Part shown: piece after piece, positions 52,801 to 63,044 of the stretch | How the letters are laid out: each line of letters starts with the position of its first letter | Numbering within the stretch: position 1 is the stretch's first letter | Assembly: GCA_023819145.1 (NCBI GenBank) | Contig: JAMWCW010000002.1 | Span: forward strand, 139,231 to 203,230 | Reading direction: 5' to 3' | DNA: 64,000 nucleotides | DNA from: Candidatus Omnitrophota bacterium | GTDB taxonomy: Bacteria > Omnitrophota > Gorgyraeia > DTHP01 | The notes under the pieces: model-generated | The model's database searches: none | What the model saw: the letters and a program-made list of their open reading frames with translations, nothing else | Told to the model about the DNA's origin: nothing | Program-made: the position numbers and the translations under genes

Positions 52801-53526
52801 CACATGTTCGGAATCCGGCATCTTTATATCTTCGGCTAAAATCCTACCCGTAAGTTCTTTTAACTGGGAACGACTCTCAACTTTTACATCCTCTATACCG
52901 CAGAAAGCTTTGAGAATCTCTTCATCTGTAGAAAGACCTAAAGCGCGCAAGAAACTTGTGGCAAAAAATTTCCTTTTTCTATCAAGAATGACATATAAAA
53001 CATCATTTAAATCAAATTCAAATTCTATCCATGAACCATGATAAGGCACAATCCTTCCTGAATACATTCTTTTACCGTTAGGATGAATTGTTTCTTCAAA
53101 GGAAATGCCGGGAGAACGATGGAGCTGAGAAACCACAACCCTTTCATCTCCATTAATCACAAAAGTACCCTTATTAGTCATCAGTGGTAAATCACAAATA
53201 TAAACTTCCTGTTCCTTTATTTCTTTTTTAGTAACTAATCTAATGCGTGCCTTTAAAGGTATAGCATAGGTTAAACCACGTCTTCTTGCTTCTTCCTCGC
53301 TATACTTAGGTTTACCCATACTATAATTCACAAACTCTAAACGATATGTACCATCAGGGCCATCAATAGGAAAAGTATTTAAGAAAACCCCCTGCAATCC
53401 CACTGCTTTTCTCTTCGTTCGAGGAACATCCGCCTGCAAAAAATTTGCATAAGATACCTTCTGTATCTCTACCAGATCGGGAAGGGAAACAGCATCGGAA
53501 ATCTTAGAAAAACTTATCCTTTTCAT
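49834..53526 (-). CDS. rpoB: RNA polymerase beta subunit
   Basis: [29 protein letters not shown] and GGQRFGEME. Confidence 0.99.
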   Translation of the reverse strand: MKRISFSKISDAVSLPDLVEIQKVSYANFLQADVPRTKRKAVGLQGVFLNTFPIDGPDGTYRLEFVNYSMGKPKYSEEEARRRGLTYAIPLKARIRLVTKKEIKEQEVYICDLPLMTNKGTFVINGDERVVVSQLHRSPGISFEETIHPNGKRMYSGRIVPYHGSWIEFEFDLNDVLYVILDRKRKFFATSFLRALGLSTDEEILKAFCGIEDVKVESRSQLKELTGRILAEDIKMPDSEHVLIPKYTRLSKENLLDRDVEFIPARVRVLKNNVMEIVNTLKRDFTKNQEEALMDIYRKLRPGYPSSAEAAKSMLEKLFFDPKRYDLERVGRYLINRKLNMDTPLEKRVLDLETVIAAVKYLLNLKEGVGDPDDIDHLGNRRVRTVGELLENQFRVGMLRMERIARERMNIYDMENVMPHHLINSKLIASAVRDFFLRSQLSQFMDQTNPLAELTHRRRLSALGPGGLDRERAGFEVRDVHYSHYGRVCPVETPEGPNIGLIVSLSTFARVNEFGLLETPYRKVINGRVTNRIEYLTADVEDKFMIAQANAKLDKEGKLIEDLVFCRYKDNFLKVEPKRVDYMDVSPRQLVSVSASLIPFLEHDDANRALMGSNMQRQAVPLLFPEVPFVMTGMEKRVAIDSGTVVLAKKDGVVREVQADRIVVGSDIYELKKFLRSNADTCVNQRPIVKVGDRVKEGDVIADGSATKDGELALGRNVLVAFMSWRGYNFEDAILISEKLLKDDTLTSLHIEEFSIEARETKLGPEEITRDIPGVGEEALKDLDENGIIRIGAEVKSGDILVGKVTPKTETELTPEEKLLRAIFGEKAGDVRDASLTVPPGVEGTVVDVRIFSRKEAKPRSKEVITEELKQINAIKEQYQKQIKEIKEERNKRLSKLLLGQKLSSALLDIDTGETVISQDKTITKKDLHKLDKCDLDGMKIKDNEALEEELRKVMRLYDDQMEELIYEQEREIDQIKRGDELPAGVLKKVVVYVASKRRLSVGDKIAGRHGNKGVIARILAEEDMPFLPDGTPVEIVLNPLGVPSRMNVGQLLETQLGWAARELGIQVISPVFGGANEEEIKEQLRKANLPEDGRITLRDGYTGEVFDNKVTVGYIYMMKLIHLVDEKIHARSIGPYSLVTQQPLGGKAQFGGQRFGEMEVWALEAYGSAYTLQELLTVKSDDVEGRTRIYEAIVKGENALNPGTPESFNVLVKELQGLCLDIKKEKKKA

Positions 53527-53559
53527 TTCTTGCTAATCTTTCTAAAAATCAAAAAGATT

Positions 53560-53970
53560 TTATTTAAGTTCGATCTTTGCGCCCACTTCTTCCAGTTTCT
53601 TCTTAATACTCTGTGCCTCTTCCTTGCCCACACCCGTCTTAATTGGTTTAGGGGCGGTATCTACCAAATCCTTTGCTTCTTTCAAACCCAGATTTGTTAT
53701 GGCACGAATTTCTTTAATCACCTTTATTTTGTCCGCACCAACCTCTGCAAGAATCACGTCAAATATGGTTTTTTCCTCAACTGCCTCTCCTGCAGAAGCA
53801 GGTTGTCCGGAAACAGCACCCACCGTCTGAACGGGTGCTACTGCGGTTACCCCAAAACGTTCTTCAAATGCCTTAACCAAATCTGCTAATTCCAAAACGG
53901 TTAACTGCTCAATAGACTTCATAATGTTCTCCAGTTTCTCAGATAATTTTACCTCTGTTTTCTCCTCCAT
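53560..53970 (-). CDS. rplL: 50S ribosomal protein L7/L12
   Basis: LTVLEL..LVK, KIKVIKE.R and [10 protein letters not shown]. Confidence 0.98.
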   Translation of the reverse strand: MEEKTEVKLSEKLENIMKSIEQLTVLELADLVKAFEERFGVTAVAPVQTVGAVSGQPASAGEAVEEKTIFDVILAEVGADKIKVIKEIRAITNLGLKEAKDLVDTAPKPIKTGVGKEEAQSIKKKLEEVGAKIELK

Positions 53971-53973
53971 CTT

Positions 53974-54504
53974 TCATCCCTCCTTCTTTTTTTCCTGTAA
54001 TCCTTTTAAAATAAACATTAGTTTAACATGCAGACTCAAACTATTCGCTAAACGGAATAAAATGCCCTTAAAACCACCACAGATTTTTCCCATTAATACC
54101 GAACGAGAAGGAAGCTGTGATATCTCTTTTATCTTGCCCAATGATACAACTCGGTCCTGAATAAATCCTCCTTTAATCTTAAATTCGGGAAAACTCTTAC
54201 TGTAATCCACCAAAACTTTAGAAATAATTATCGGATCATCTCCTCCAAGAACTACTCCTGTTTGCCCATTTATCAATTCTACAAAATAATCCATCTGTTT
54301 TTTTCTGAAAGCAAGGCGAGCAAGAGAATTTTTAACCACCATAAAATCAGCAGACCTCTTCTTTAAGTTCTTTCTTAATTCCTCTAAATCACTTACTTTT
54401 AACCTACTCAACTCCGCAACAAAGAAATAAGTGCTTTTGTCAAATTTCATTTCTAATTCTTCCACTAACCTTTCTCTATACCACCGACCGAATTTCTTTT
54501 CCAT
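53974..54504 (-). CDS. rplJ: 50S ribosomal protein L10
   Basis: LRK.L, VVKNSLA..A and LPSR; lies between rplA and rplL. Confidence 0.95.
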   Translation of the reverse strand: MEKKFGRWYRERLVEELEMKFDKSTYFFVAELSRLKVSDLEELRKNLKKRSADFMVVKNSLARLAFRKKQMDYFVELINGQTGVVLGGDDPIIISKVLVDYSKSFPEFKIKGGFIQDRVVSLGKIKEISQLPSRSVLMGKICGGFKGILFRLANSLSLHVKLMFILKGLQEKKKEG

Positions 54505-54521
54505 AAGAAGCCTTCTAAGTA

Positions 54522-55217
54522 TTAAGAAACGTATTTTGTCCAGTCTATTTTCAAACCAGGACTCATTGTCCTTGAAATCACTACATTTTTAATATACTGT
54601 CCTTTAATAGTAGCAGGTTTTGCTTTTAAGATCGCTTCCATAGCAGACTTACCATTATCATAAAGTTGATTTTCTGTAAAAGATATTCTTCCTATTCTTA
54701 CACTCACATTTCCGGTTTTATCCATTTTAAACTCTACTTTACCTTTCTTGAAGTCGTTTATTGCTTTCACCAAATCTGTAGTTACTGTTCCGGATTTGGG
54801 ATTGGGCATTAACCCCCGAGGTCCCAAAATCTTACCTAAACGAGAAATGTCCCGCATCATTTCTGGATGAGCAACAGCCACATCAAAATCTAACCACCCC
54901 CCACTTATCTTATCTATTAATTCCTGTCCTCCTACATAATCCGCACCTGCTTCTTTCGCTAATTTCTCTGCTTCGCCTTTACAAAAAACAAGAACCTTAA
55001 CCTGTTTCCCTGTCCCATGAGGAAGGAGCACCGAACCACGTACAAATTGGTCGCTCTGTTTAGAGTCAACCCCTAGACGAAAAGAAATATCTACTGACTC
55101 ATCAAATTTAGCTAAAGGCATTTTCTTCAGAATATTAATCGCCTCTTCCAAAGAATAGGTCTTGTTTTTCTCAAAAAATTTAGTTGACTCTTTAAATCTT
55201 TTACTTCTTTTCTTCAT
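54522..55217 (-). CDS. rplA: 50S ribosomal protein L1
   Basis: KFDESV, LPHGTGK and [15 protein letters not shown]. Confidence 0.98.
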   Translation of the reverse strand: MKKRSKRFKESTKFFEKNKTYSLEEAINILKKMPLAKFDESVDISFRLGVDSKQSDQFVRGSVLLPHGTGKQVKVLVFCKGEAEKLAKEAGADYVGGQELIDKISGGWLDFDVAVAHPEMMRDISRLGKILGPRGLMPNPKSGTVTTDLVKAINDFKKGKVEFKMDKTGNVSVRIGRISFTENQLYDNGKSAMEAILKAKPATIKGQYIKNVVISRTMSPGLKIDWTKYVS

Positions 55218-55638
55218 CTACTACCTCAATTCCCATACTCCGTGCAGTCCCCTCTACTATTCTCAACGCCTGTTCCAGCGAATTAGTATTCAAATCTTTC
55301 AATTTTGCCTGAGCAATTTCTTTAATCTGCTCACGCGTCACCTTACCCACTTTCTCTTTATGAGGAACACCCGAACCTTTCGCTAAACCGCATGCTCTTT
55401 TCAAAAGCACGGAACAGGGAGGACTTTTTATAATAAAAGAGAAAGACTTGTCTTCGTAAACAGTAATTAAAGCAGGAAGAATTAAACCTTCCTGTCCCTT
55501 AGTTTTTTCATTGAATTGTTTGCAAAATTCCATGATATTTATTCCATGCTGTCCCAAGGCTGGTCCGATGGGAGGAGCTGGATTTGCTTGTCCTGCGGGA
55601 CAATACAATTTTATCTGTGCCTTAACTTTCTTAGCCAT
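55201..55638 (-). CDS. rplK: 50S ribosomal protein L11
   Basis: [21 protein letters not shown] and GTARSMG; start MAKKVK. Confidence 0.98.
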   Translation of the reverse strand: MAKKVKAQIKLYCPAGQANPAPPIGPALGQHGINIMEFCKQFNEKTKGQEGLILPALITVYEDKSFSFIIKSPPCSVLLKRACGLAKGSGVPHKEKVGKVTREQIKEIAQAKLKDLNTNSLEQALRIVEGTARSMGIEVVDEEKK

Positions 55639-55692
55639 GATAATAAAATTCAAATATTATTAAAGATGCAAAATGAAATTTTGATTTTTGCA

Positions 55693-56223
55693 TTATATTT
55701 TCTCCACCTGCCAAAATTCTAATTCTACAGGAGTAGCGCGTCCAAAAATAGAAACATTAACTTTTACCTTACCCTTATCTAATAATATTTCTTCTACGGT
55801 ACCATTAAAATCCATAAACGGACCTTCCTTAATTCTTACACTCTCTCCAACTTCAAAAATGACTTTAGGAACCGGTTTCTCTTTCCTTTCTTCACTCTTT
55901 TTCAATATTGCTTCTATCTCTGTGTAATCCAAAGCCACAGCTTGAGGTCCGCTTCCTAAAAAACCTAAAATACCGGGTGTTGTTTTTAAGAGATACCAAC
56001 TTTTCTCATTTAGTTCCATCTCTATAAATATATACCCCGGGAAAAACTTTCTCTCGGATATTTTCTTTTTGCCTCCCCGGACTTCAGAAATTGTCTCTTT
56101 AGGAACAACTATCTGACCAATAATCTCAGATAACATTTCTTGTTTTACTCTTGTTTCAATACTTGTTTTCACCCTCTCTTCTTGGCCAGTTTGAGTATGT
56201 ACAACATACCATTTTTTGTCCAT
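55693..56223 (-). CDS. nusG: Transcription factor NusG
   Basis: WYVVHT..G.E, FPGY, GPF..F.G and IFGRATPVEL. Confidence 0.98.
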   Translation of the reverse strand: MDKKWYVVHTQTGQEERVKTSIETRVKQEMLSEIIGQIVVPKETISEVRGGKKKISERKFFPGYIFIEMELNEKSWYLLKTTPGILGFLGSGPQAVALDYTEIEAILKKSEERKEKPVPKVIFEVGESVRIKEGPFMDFNGTVEEILLDKGKVKVNVSIFGRATPVELEFWQVEKI

Positions 56224-56224
56224 C

Positions 56225-56407
56225 TTATTTGATAATAAAATTTATCAATTGGGAAAGGAGAAAATCTACTACTCCAATAAAAACTGCTAAAATCCCCACC
56301 GTTACCACCACTACTATCGTCGAACCCCAAACCTCTTCCTTGGTGGTCCAAGAGGTTTTTCTAAGTTCTGTGCCGACTTCTTGAAGAAAACTCTTTATTT
56401 TCTTCAT
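56225..56407 (-). CDS. secE: Preprotein translocase SecE
   Basis: ELRK.SW motif and one TM helix; lies upstream of nusG. Confidence 0.93.
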   Translation of the reverse strand: MKKIKSFLQEVGTELRKTSWTTKEEVWGSTIVVVVTVGILAVFIGVVDFLLSQLINFIIK

Positions 56408-56529
56408 TCGTATAAGTGTATCAAATATAAATACTTACGCAAATAACACTCTTCTGAAATTAAAGTATAAAAAACCTACCTTTTCCTGATTAATTACGTT
56501 TTCAAACCAGGTAAATAAATTACCTTTTC

Positions 56530-56601
56530 CAGGCCTGGAGGGACTTGAACCCCCAACCAACGGATTTGGAGTCCGCTGCTCTACCTTAGAGCTACAGGCC
56601 T
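56530..56601 (-). tRNA. tRNA-Trp (CCA)
   Basis: Cloverleaf AGGCCTG...GCGGA-CTCCAAA-TCCGT...GGTTCAAGTCC...CAGGCCTG; 3' CCA not encoded. Confidence 0.95.
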
Positions 56602-56650
56602 TATTTAGACTGCTAAGTTATTATTGTATATTTGAAATTCTTTCCTAATT

Positions 56651-56800
56651 TTATTTTATTTCTTTATGTAGTGTATGCTTCCGGCAAAACTTACAATATT
56701 TTCTAAATTCCAGACGATCGGGATTATTTTTCTTATTCTTGGTGGTGGTATAATTCCTTGCTTTGCATTCACCACAGGCTAAGGTAATTATCTCTTGCAT
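56651..56800 (-). CDS. rpmG: 50S ribosomal protein L33 (Zn-ribbon form)
   Basis: Not in ORF track. Manual translation [49 protein letters not shown]. Confidence 0.97.
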   Translation of the reverse strand: MQEIITLACGECKARNYTTTKNKKNNPDRLEFRKYCKFCRKHTLHKEIK

Positions 56801-58003
56801 TTATGCAATTACCTCCGAAACCACTCCTGCGCCTACAGTTCTCCCTCCTTCGCGGATAGCAAAGCGCAGTTCTTTTTCCAAGGCTACCGGTTTTATTAAT
56901 TCTACCTCAATACTTACGTTATCACCAGGCATTACCATCTCTACGCCTTTCGGTAAATGCGCCACACCTGTAACATCGGTGGTGCGAAAATAAAATTGCG
57001 GGCGGTAACCTTCAAAGAAAGGAGTGTGTCTTCCTCCCTCCTCTTTGGTCAACACATATACCTCTGCTTTAAATTTTGTATGGGGAGTTATGGAACCCGG
57101 TTTGGCAATAACCATCCCCCGTTCTAAATCTTCTTTCTCTATCCCCCGCAAAAGTAATCCTACATTATCTCCTGCTATTCCCTCGTCTAAAAGTTTTCTA
57201 AACATCTCGATACCCGTTACCACTGTCTTTTTTATCTCTGGGCGTAAACCTACAATATCTACTTCATCATTTAAAACCACTTTTCCTCTTTCTACTCTTC
57301 CCGTACCTACTGTTCCTCGTCCCGTGATGGAGAAAACATCTTCTACGGCCATTAGAAAAGGTTTATCCACATCGCGGACTGGTGTGGGAACAAAATTGTC
57401 CACTGCTTCCATAAGATCTAATATCGGTTTGCACTTGGGACAGGTATCTTTAGCACAGCCACAGTTCATTGCTTCCAAAGCACTACCCCTAATTACTGGT
57501 GTTTTATCGCCGGGGAATTTATATTTCGTCAAAAGCTCTCTTACCTCAAGTTCCACAAGGTCTATCAACTCCTTATCATCTACAGCATCTACTTTATTAA
57601 GAAAAACAACAATACTGGGAACGTTCACTTGGCGGGCAAGCAGAATATGCTCACGTGTCTGGGGCATAGGTCCGTCGACTGCAGACACTACAAGAATTGA
57701 CCCATCCATTTGAGCTGCACCGGTGATCATATTTTTAATATAATCGGCATGGCCGGGACAATCGATATGTGCATAGTGACGATTCTTTGTCTGGTATTCA
57801 ACATGGGAAATATTTATAGTCAAACCCCTTTCTTTCTCCTCAGGAGCATTGTCTATTTCCTCATAATTCTTCGCCTGCGCAAAACCGTGTTTCTCGAGGA
57901 CTTTGGTAATCGCAGAAGTAAGAGTTGTCTTACCATGGTCTACATGTCCAATCGTTCCCACATTCACATGTGGCTTAGTGCGTTCAAATTTCTCTTTTGC
58001 CAT
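56801..58003 (-). CDS. tuf: Elongation factor Tu
   Basis: [21 protein letters not shown] and [10 protein letters not shown]. Confidence 0.99.
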   Translation of the reverse strand: MAKEKFERTKPHVNVGTIGHVDHGKTTLTSAITKVLEKHGFAQAKNYEEIDNAPEEKERGLTINISHVEYQTKNRHYAHIDCPGHADYIKNMITGAAQMDGSILVVSAVDGPMPQTREHILLARQVNVPSIVVFLNKVDAVDDKELIDLVELEVRELLTKYKFPGDKTPVIRGSALEAMNCGCAKDTCPKCKPILDLMEAVDNFVPTPVRDVDKPFLMAVEDVFSITGRGTVGTGRVERGKVVLNDEVDIVGLRPEIKKTVVTGIEMFRKLLDEGIAGDNVGLLLRGIEKEDLERGMVIAKPGSITPHTKFKAEVYVLTKEEGGRHTPFFEGYRPQFYFRTTDVTGVAHLPKGVEMVMPGDNVSIEVELIKPVALEKELRFAIREGGRTVGAGVVSEVIA

Positions 58004-58065
58004 ATTATCCCTCCTCCTTTTAAATAGCTAAATTGTTTTACTTCTCTAATTGTTGCAATTAGTAA

Positions 58066-58138
58066 AGCCCTCGACCGGAATCGAACCGGTGACCCCGTCG
58101 TTACCAACGACGTGCTCTACCTACTGAGCTACAAGGGC
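58066..58138 (-). tRNA. tRNA-Thr (GGT)
   Basis: Cloverleaf with CGTCG-TTGGTAA-CGACG anticodon arm and TTCGA T-loop. Confidence 0.95.
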
Positions 58139-58163
58139 AAACCCCCTTTAGAATAATTTTCTA

Positions 58164-58240
58164 ATTATATAATTTTAAATTTTTTTGTCAAGTTTTTTTT
58201 ATATTTTTTTATTAGTCTGTAATTTTTTTGTCTTTTTTTG
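58164..58240 (-). promoter_or_regulatory. Strong promoter for tRNA-Thr-tuf and the downstream cluster
   Basis: Perfect TTGACA (58191-58186)-N16-TATAAT (58169-58164) with upstream A-tracts. Confidence 0.75.
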
Positions 58241-58343
58241 TGTCTTAAAAACAGTACAACTAAAGTCGCACCCTCATACAAAAATCCTCAATGGTCTTCT
58301 AGGTTCAATAAAAAACCGATGGGATTCCTAAAGTACTCCACAA

Positions 58344-58414
58344 AGCGGGAGAGGGGAATCGAACCCCCATATACAGCTTGGAAGGCTGTTGTTCTACCAC
58401 TGAACTACTCCCGC
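58344..58414 (-). tRNA. tRNA-Gly (TCC)
   Basis: GCGGGAG acceptor stem and CAGC-CTTCCAA-GCTG anticodon arm. Confidence 0.95.
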
Positions 58415-58483
58415 ACTATGTTGGGAAAAATCCGTTATCCCTAATGTAGTCTTGATACGGAGCCTGATATTTTTAATAATTTT

Positions 58484-58565
58484 TGGGCAGGGAAGGATTT
58501 GAACCTCCGAAGGCTACGCCGCCAGATTTACAGTCTGGTGCCATTGTCCACTCGGCCACCTGCCC
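58484..58565 (-). tRNA. tRNA-Tyr (GTA)
   Basis: CCAGA-CTGTAAA-TCTGG anticodon arm and a long variable arm. Confidence 0.95.
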
Positions 58566-58593
58566 AAAAGAAAATAATTGTAAGATCTATTTT

Positions 58594-58666
58594 AGCTGGC
58601 GAGAGGAATCGAACCTCCAACCCGCGGTTTACAAAACCGCTGCTCTGCCTACTGAGCTACGCCAGC
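58594..58666 (-). tRNA. tRNA-Thr (TGT)
   Basis: GCTGGCG acceptor stem and GCGGT-TTTGTAA-ACCGC anticodon arm. Confidence 0.95.
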
Positions 58667-59523
58667 AATCTTTTTATTGCCTTAGGGATATTTTCTAAAA
58701 TATCTGAAGCAATCAATCCGTAGTCGGTTTTTTCTTTTTTTGCTAAATCTCCAGCTAATCCGTGTAAGTAAACACCTAATTTCGCTGATTCAAAAGGAGA
58801 GATTTTTTGAGCTAAAAATCCTCCAATCATTCCTGTCAAAACATCCCCACTTCCTGCGCTAGCCATCCCTGGATTGCCGGTTTTATTTATGTAAATTTCT
58901 TTGTCTTGCTGAGCAACGATTGTTTGATATCCTTTTAAAACAAGAGTCATATTATAACTTTTCAAAAAATTTTTTACAACCGAAATTTTATTTTCTTTAA
59001 TTTTTTCTATCGAAATACCTGTAAGTCTAGAAAACTCTCCGATGTGGGGAGTAAGAATTAAATCGCTTTTTATCTCTTCAAGAATTTTTTTATACCCTTC
59101 CAATGCATTTATACCATCCGCATCTAATACAATTGGTAAATCAATTTTTTTTAATAAAAATCTTGCCAATTCTTGAGTCTCCTTGTTTCTTGAAAGCCCA
59201 GGTCCAACAATTATACAATCGCATTTCTTAAGAAAATCAAGAATTTTATCCTTTGCTTTAAAACCTAAACTTGCCTCTTTTGTCTCCGGAAGTGGTAGAG
59301 TCATTACCTCAGTTAGTTTTATTTCTAGTATAGGATTAAGACTCTCCGGAATTCCTAAGGTAACTAAACCCGCTCCTACTCTTAAAACTGCGAGAGAACA
59401 TAATGTCGCTGCTCCGGTTAACCCTTTTGAGCCTGCAAGAACAAAAACATGTCCATAGTCCCCTTTGTGGGTATCTTGATTTCGCTGAGGCAAAAACTTA
59501 ACCATTTCTTTCTTTATATCCAT
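58657..59523 (-). CDS. nnrD: ADP-dependent NAD(P)HX dehydratase, stand-alone YjeF_C
   Basis: HKGDYG, G.GLV, GPGL, LDADG, TPH.GE and AGSGDVLTG. Confidence 0.93.
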   Translation of the reverse strand: MDIKKEMVKFLPQRNQDTHKGDYGHVFVLAGSKGLTGAATLCSLAVLRVGAGLVTLGIPESLNPILEIKLTEVMTLPLPETKEASLGFKAKDKILDFLKKCDCIIVGPGLSRNKETQELARFLLKKIDLPIVLDADGINALEGYKKILEEIKSDLILTPHIGEFSRLTGISIEKIKENKISVVKNFLKSYNMTLVLKGYQTIVAQQDKEIYINKTGNPGMASAGSGDVLTGMIGGFLAQKISPFESAKLGVYLHGLAGDLAKKEKTDYGLIASDILENIPKAIKRLLA

Positions 59524-59553
59524 TACTCAATACTTCTTCCTAGTGACTACCTA

Positions 59554-59925
59554 CTACTTTACTACTACTACTGCTTGGGCTATTGCATAATTTTTGGTAT
59601 GCGTAAGACTGACTTTTATTTGCTGAATCTTTTCTTTTCCTATCAATCCTTTTGCTTTTTTACTCAAAAAAACTCGCGGTTTTCCCTTCCCATTATTGAG
59701 AATTTCTATGTCCTGCCAATTAATCTTAGAGTTTCCCAATGCTTTGAATACTGCTTCTTTGGCTGCAAACCGTGCCGCTAAATTTTCATAATAAAATTTT
59801 TTATTTCTGACATAATCTCTTTCACGGGAAGTAAAAACTCTCTCTAAAAATTTATCTCCCCATCTATTCAACGCTTTCCTTATCCTCTCTGTTTCTATTA
59901 AATCTATCCCTGTTTCAATCTTCAT
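59554..59925 (-). CDS. acpS: Holo-ACP synthase
   Basis: [19 protein letters not shown] and SLTH. Confidence 0.96.
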   Translation of the reverse strand: MKIETGIDLIETERIRKALNRWGDKFLERVFTSRERDYVRNKKFYYENLAARFAAKEAVFKALGNSKINWQDIEILNNGKGKPRVFLSKKAKGLIGKEKIQQIKVSLTHTKNYAIAQAVVVVK

Positions 59926-60635
59926 TTCAATAATTCCAGCATTTCTTTAACCGCCTTTTCTAAACCTACAAAAACTGCACGGGAAATAATTGCATGACCA
60001 ATATTTAATTCTTCGATTCCGGGGATCTTAGCTATGTTACGCACATTGAGATAATCCAATCCATGACCAGCATTAACCCTTAAACCAAAACCTTTAGCCA
60101 CTTGTGTTGCTTGAATTAACCTAGTCAAAGCTTCTTCTCTCTCAATTTCGCCCTTTGCATTAGCATACACTCCCGTATGTAGTTCAACAAATTCCACCCG
60201 CGTCTCTCTTGCTTTCTTAATCTGCGACTCTAAAGGATCAACAAAAAGACTTACTACAATTCCTTCTTTGTGCAATCTCTCTACTACTTCTTTTATCTGA
60301 GAAAAATATTTTACGACATCCAATCCGCCTTCGGTTGTAATTTCTTCTCTTTTTTCAGGAACTAAAGTTGCCTGGTCTGGCTTTACTTCACAAGCAATAT
60401 CTACTATCTCTTTAACAATGGACATCTCTAAATTAAGCTTAGATTTCACGATAGAGCGTAGGATTTTTAAATCCCGTTCATTTATATGTCGACGGTCTTC
60501 TCGTAAGTGAACAACTATACTATTGCAACCGGCGAGTTCACAAAGAACTGCTGCCCATGCTGGATCGGGTTCCTTAGCTCTCCGTGCCTGACGGAGGGTT
60601 GCTATATGGTCAATATTAACTCCTAATTTAACCAT
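59922..60635 (-). CDS. pdxJ: Pyridoxine 5'-phosphate synthase
   Basis: [31 protein letters not shown] and ELNIGH. Confidence 0.98.
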   Translation of the reverse strand: MVKLGVNIDHIATLRQARRAKEPDPAWAAVLCELAGCNSIVVHLREDRRHINERDLKILRSIVKSKLNLEMSIVKEIVDIACEVKPDQATLVPEKREEITTEGGLDVVKYFSQIKEVVERLHKEGIVVSLFVDPLESQIKKARETRVEFVELHTGVYANAKGEIEREEALTRLIQATQVAKGFGLRVNAGHGLDYLNVRNIAKIPGIEELNIGHAIISRAVFVGLEKAVKEMLELLK

Positions 60636-60637
60636 AA

Positions 60638-61072
60638 TTATCGCCTTGCTCTCTCTACAGGGATAGTCACTTCCACTTCCCCTTCAGGAACAATGATATT
60701 AGAAAGTGATTGCAAGGTAGTCTTTACTACCGTAGTCTTTATAAAAGTACGTATGTCTATTGGCTCGGTATCAATATGGCTAACGCTATCTAAATACAAT
60801 TTCTTGCCTACAACTTTACAATATGAAGGATTGACCATTACTTTAGATTCTACAAAGATGTATCCGGAAGGGGGTGAACCTTTAATATTTGCCCGAATGG
60901 GTAATTCCCTAATCTCTAAGTTGAGTTCTTTGTCCCAAATTAAAGTTACCTTCTCTTTTTTCTTAGACTGAGAAATCTCGCTATTAATATATAGCCAAGA
61001 AAAAATTGCCAAAAGCAGAGAAATTATTTTTACAAACAGGTTATCAAAAACTATAATTTTTCTCGTCATCAA
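60638..61072 (-). CDS. cdaR: CdaR/YbbR-like single-domain membrane protein
   Basis: N-terminal [14 protein letters not shown] and one YbbR-like domain (G.P..GY, V.P....V.G, TEPIDI); follows cdaA. Confidence 0.72.
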   Translation of the reverse strand: MMTRKIIVFDNLFVKIISLLLAIFSWLYINSEISQSKKKEKVTLIWDKELNLEIRELPIRANIKGSPPSGYIFVESKVMVNPSYCKVVGKKLYLDSVSHIDTEPIDIRTFIKTTVVKTTLQSLSNIIVPEGEVEVTIPVERARR

Positions 61073-61842
61073 GGTTTTCTTGCAACTCGGGATTGATAAA
61101 GCTGATTCAAAGTAGTTCGTAAAATTTTTTCATCTATATCCAATCTCAAAATTCCTTTTTGAGCAAGGGAAATGGAACCATTTTCTTCAGATATTACAAT
61201 AACCAATGCATCACTTTCTTCCGATAACCCCACTGCTGCTCTGTGGCGCATTCCTATTGTTTTAGAAAGATAAGGGTTAGTAGAAACAGGAAAGAAACAA
61301 CCCGCAGCCACAATCCTTTGCCCCTGAATAATTACCCCGCCATCATGTAGGGGGTTACCCGGATAAAAAATAGTCTCGATCATCTCAGAGGAAACAAGAG
61401 ACTCCAGTCTAATTCCTGTCTCTATATACTGCTCTAAACTCACATCCCGCTGTATAGCAATTAACCCCCCAATTCTTTTCTCAGAAAGTTTTAATATCCC
61501 TTTAATCAAACCTTCCCACTTCTTTTCTTCGCGAAAGAAAATTCCTAAAAAATGTCCCCCTCCTAGACGAATGAGTCCGTTTCTTAATTCCGGCTGAAAA
61601 ATAATAAGTAAGGCAATTACAGAAATAGCGAAAATCCTATTGATAATCCAAGTAATTACCTCTAATCCCAAACGCTGAGTAAGTAAAAATATTACCAGAA
61701 GAATTATAATCACTTTAAGTGCCTGCACTACTCGACTACTACGTATAAAATTTAAAACTTGATAAAAAACAACCCAGAGGATAAATATTTCCAAGAGAGA
61801 TTTTAAGAAAAATGGACTAAAATAATAAACTAATTTAGACAT
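61069..61842 (-). CDS. cdaA: Membrane diadenylate cyclase
   Basis: Three TMs, FQPELR, PLHDGGV, G.RHRAA.GLSE and SEE.G. Confidence 0.93.
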   Translation of the reverse strand: MSKLVYYFSPFFLKSLLEIFILWVVFYQVLNFIRSSRVVQALKVIIILLVIFLLTQRLGLEVITWIINRIFAISVIALLIIFQPELRNGLIRLGGGHFLGIFFREEKKWEGLIKGILKLSEKRIGGLIAIQRDVSLEQYIETGIRLESLVSSEMIETIFYPGNPLHDGGVIIQGQRIVAAGCFFPVSTNPYLSKTIGMRHRAAVGLSEESDALVIVISEENGSISLAQKGILRLDIDEKILRTTLNQLYQSRVARKP

Positions 61843-63044
61843 CTTCCAGATTCTATAACGGCATCAATTAATTTAACCGCCTGTTTTACTTCTTCGACAT
61901 CATGAACACGCAAAATATTTGCTCCATTGATTACTGCCAAAGAACAACTAGCGATCGTTCCATAAAGTCTTTTATCAACATCAAGATTAAGTACTTTACC
62001 AATAAATGACTTGCGGGAAGTTCCAATCATAATCGGACGCCCCAAAACTCTAAATTGATGAAGATTTTTCAAAATAATGAGATTATGTTCTACAGTTTTA
62101 CCGAAGCCAATCCCTGGGTCTACAATAATATCATCTACCGAAATGCCTGCCTTGCTTGCTAAATCTATACCTGCTTCTAGATAATCAATAATCTCGGAAA
62201 TTAAATCTGCGTACACAGGATTTCTCTGCATAGTTCGAGGATTTCCCCGCATATGCATAATTACTACCGGCACCTTATAATGCGCCACTACTTCTCTCAT
62301 CTTTTTATCTCCGCGTAATCCACTCACGTCATTTACCATAGAAACACCTGCTTCTATTGCTTCTTTTGCTACCTTTGCCTTACAGGTATCAATGGAAAGA
62401 GGAATTTTTAATCTTTTACTCAAAATTTTTATAACCGGAATAGTTCTTTTCAACTCTTCATCTTCCGAAACGGTTTTTGCGCCTGGCCGGGTAGATTCTC
62501 CTCCAACATCAATTATATCCGCTCCTTCCTCTGCCATCTTTAGAGCAAACTCAATCGCTTCCTGTGGTCGTCTATAGAACCTTCCACCATCACTAAAAGA
62601 ATCGGGGGTAAGATTAAGAATTCCCATAAGGTATGTCCGTTTACCCAAAGAGAGAGAAAACCGACCTGCTTTTATATCCCATCTTCTCCTCTGAACATTC
62701 GCTAATGTGAGTTCGATTTTTCCTCCTAATGCTCTTAAGCCCCAAGGTTGAATTTTTAGTTTATCGATAAGTTTCTGATAATGTAAAAGGGTTCCCATAA
62801 CTAAACAATCGCTCTTTTTCAATTTGCCTGTAATTACACCACGAGGTACCGCCACCTCTCCTCCCAAAGAGAGCATTTCTTGTTTTAAAACATTACATAA
62901 AAGAGAATTTAGATTTTTAATCTCCAAAGTGTAAAAAATCCCTTTCCCCGACATAATCTTCTGGCCTATGCTATCTACTTTCAGGAGATGCATCTTTTGC
63001 AAAAAATCTTTTTCATCCTCAAAGTTAAGCAGTCTTACCTTCAT
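61830..63044 (-). CDS. folP: Dihydropteroate synthase with an N-terminal extension of about 130 aa
   Basis: [35 protein letters not shown] and LRVHD. Confidence 0.96.
   Translation of the reverse strand: MKVRLLNFEDEKDFLQKMHLLKVDSIGQKIMSGKGIFYTLEIKNLNSLLCNVLKQEMLSLGGEVAVPRGVITGKLKKSDCLVMGTLLHYQKLIDKLKIQPWGLRALGGKIELTLANVQRRRWDIKAGRFSLSLGKRTYLMGILNLTPDSFSDGGRFYRRPQEAIEFALKMAEEGADIIDVGGESTRPGAKTVSEDEELKRTIPVIKILSKRLKIPLSIDTCKAKVAKEAIEAGVSMVNDVSGLRGDKKMREVVAHYKVPVVIMHMRGNPRTMQRNPVYADLISEIIDYLEAGIDLASKAGISVDDIIVDPGIGFGKTVEHNLIILKNLHQFRVLGRPIMIGTSRKSFIGKVLNLDVDKRLYGTIASCSLAVINGANILRVHDVEEVKQAVKLIDAVIESGRCLN

Noticed and set aside
56477-56530. 10-bp direct repeat (taccttttcc) at and beyond the tRNA-Trp 3' end as a possible att scar
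   Set aside because: Too short, almost entirely outside the tRNA, and no integrase or cargo is present
59545-59573. (cta)n run at the end of acpS
   Set aside because: Explained by GTA valine codons followed by tandem TAG stops
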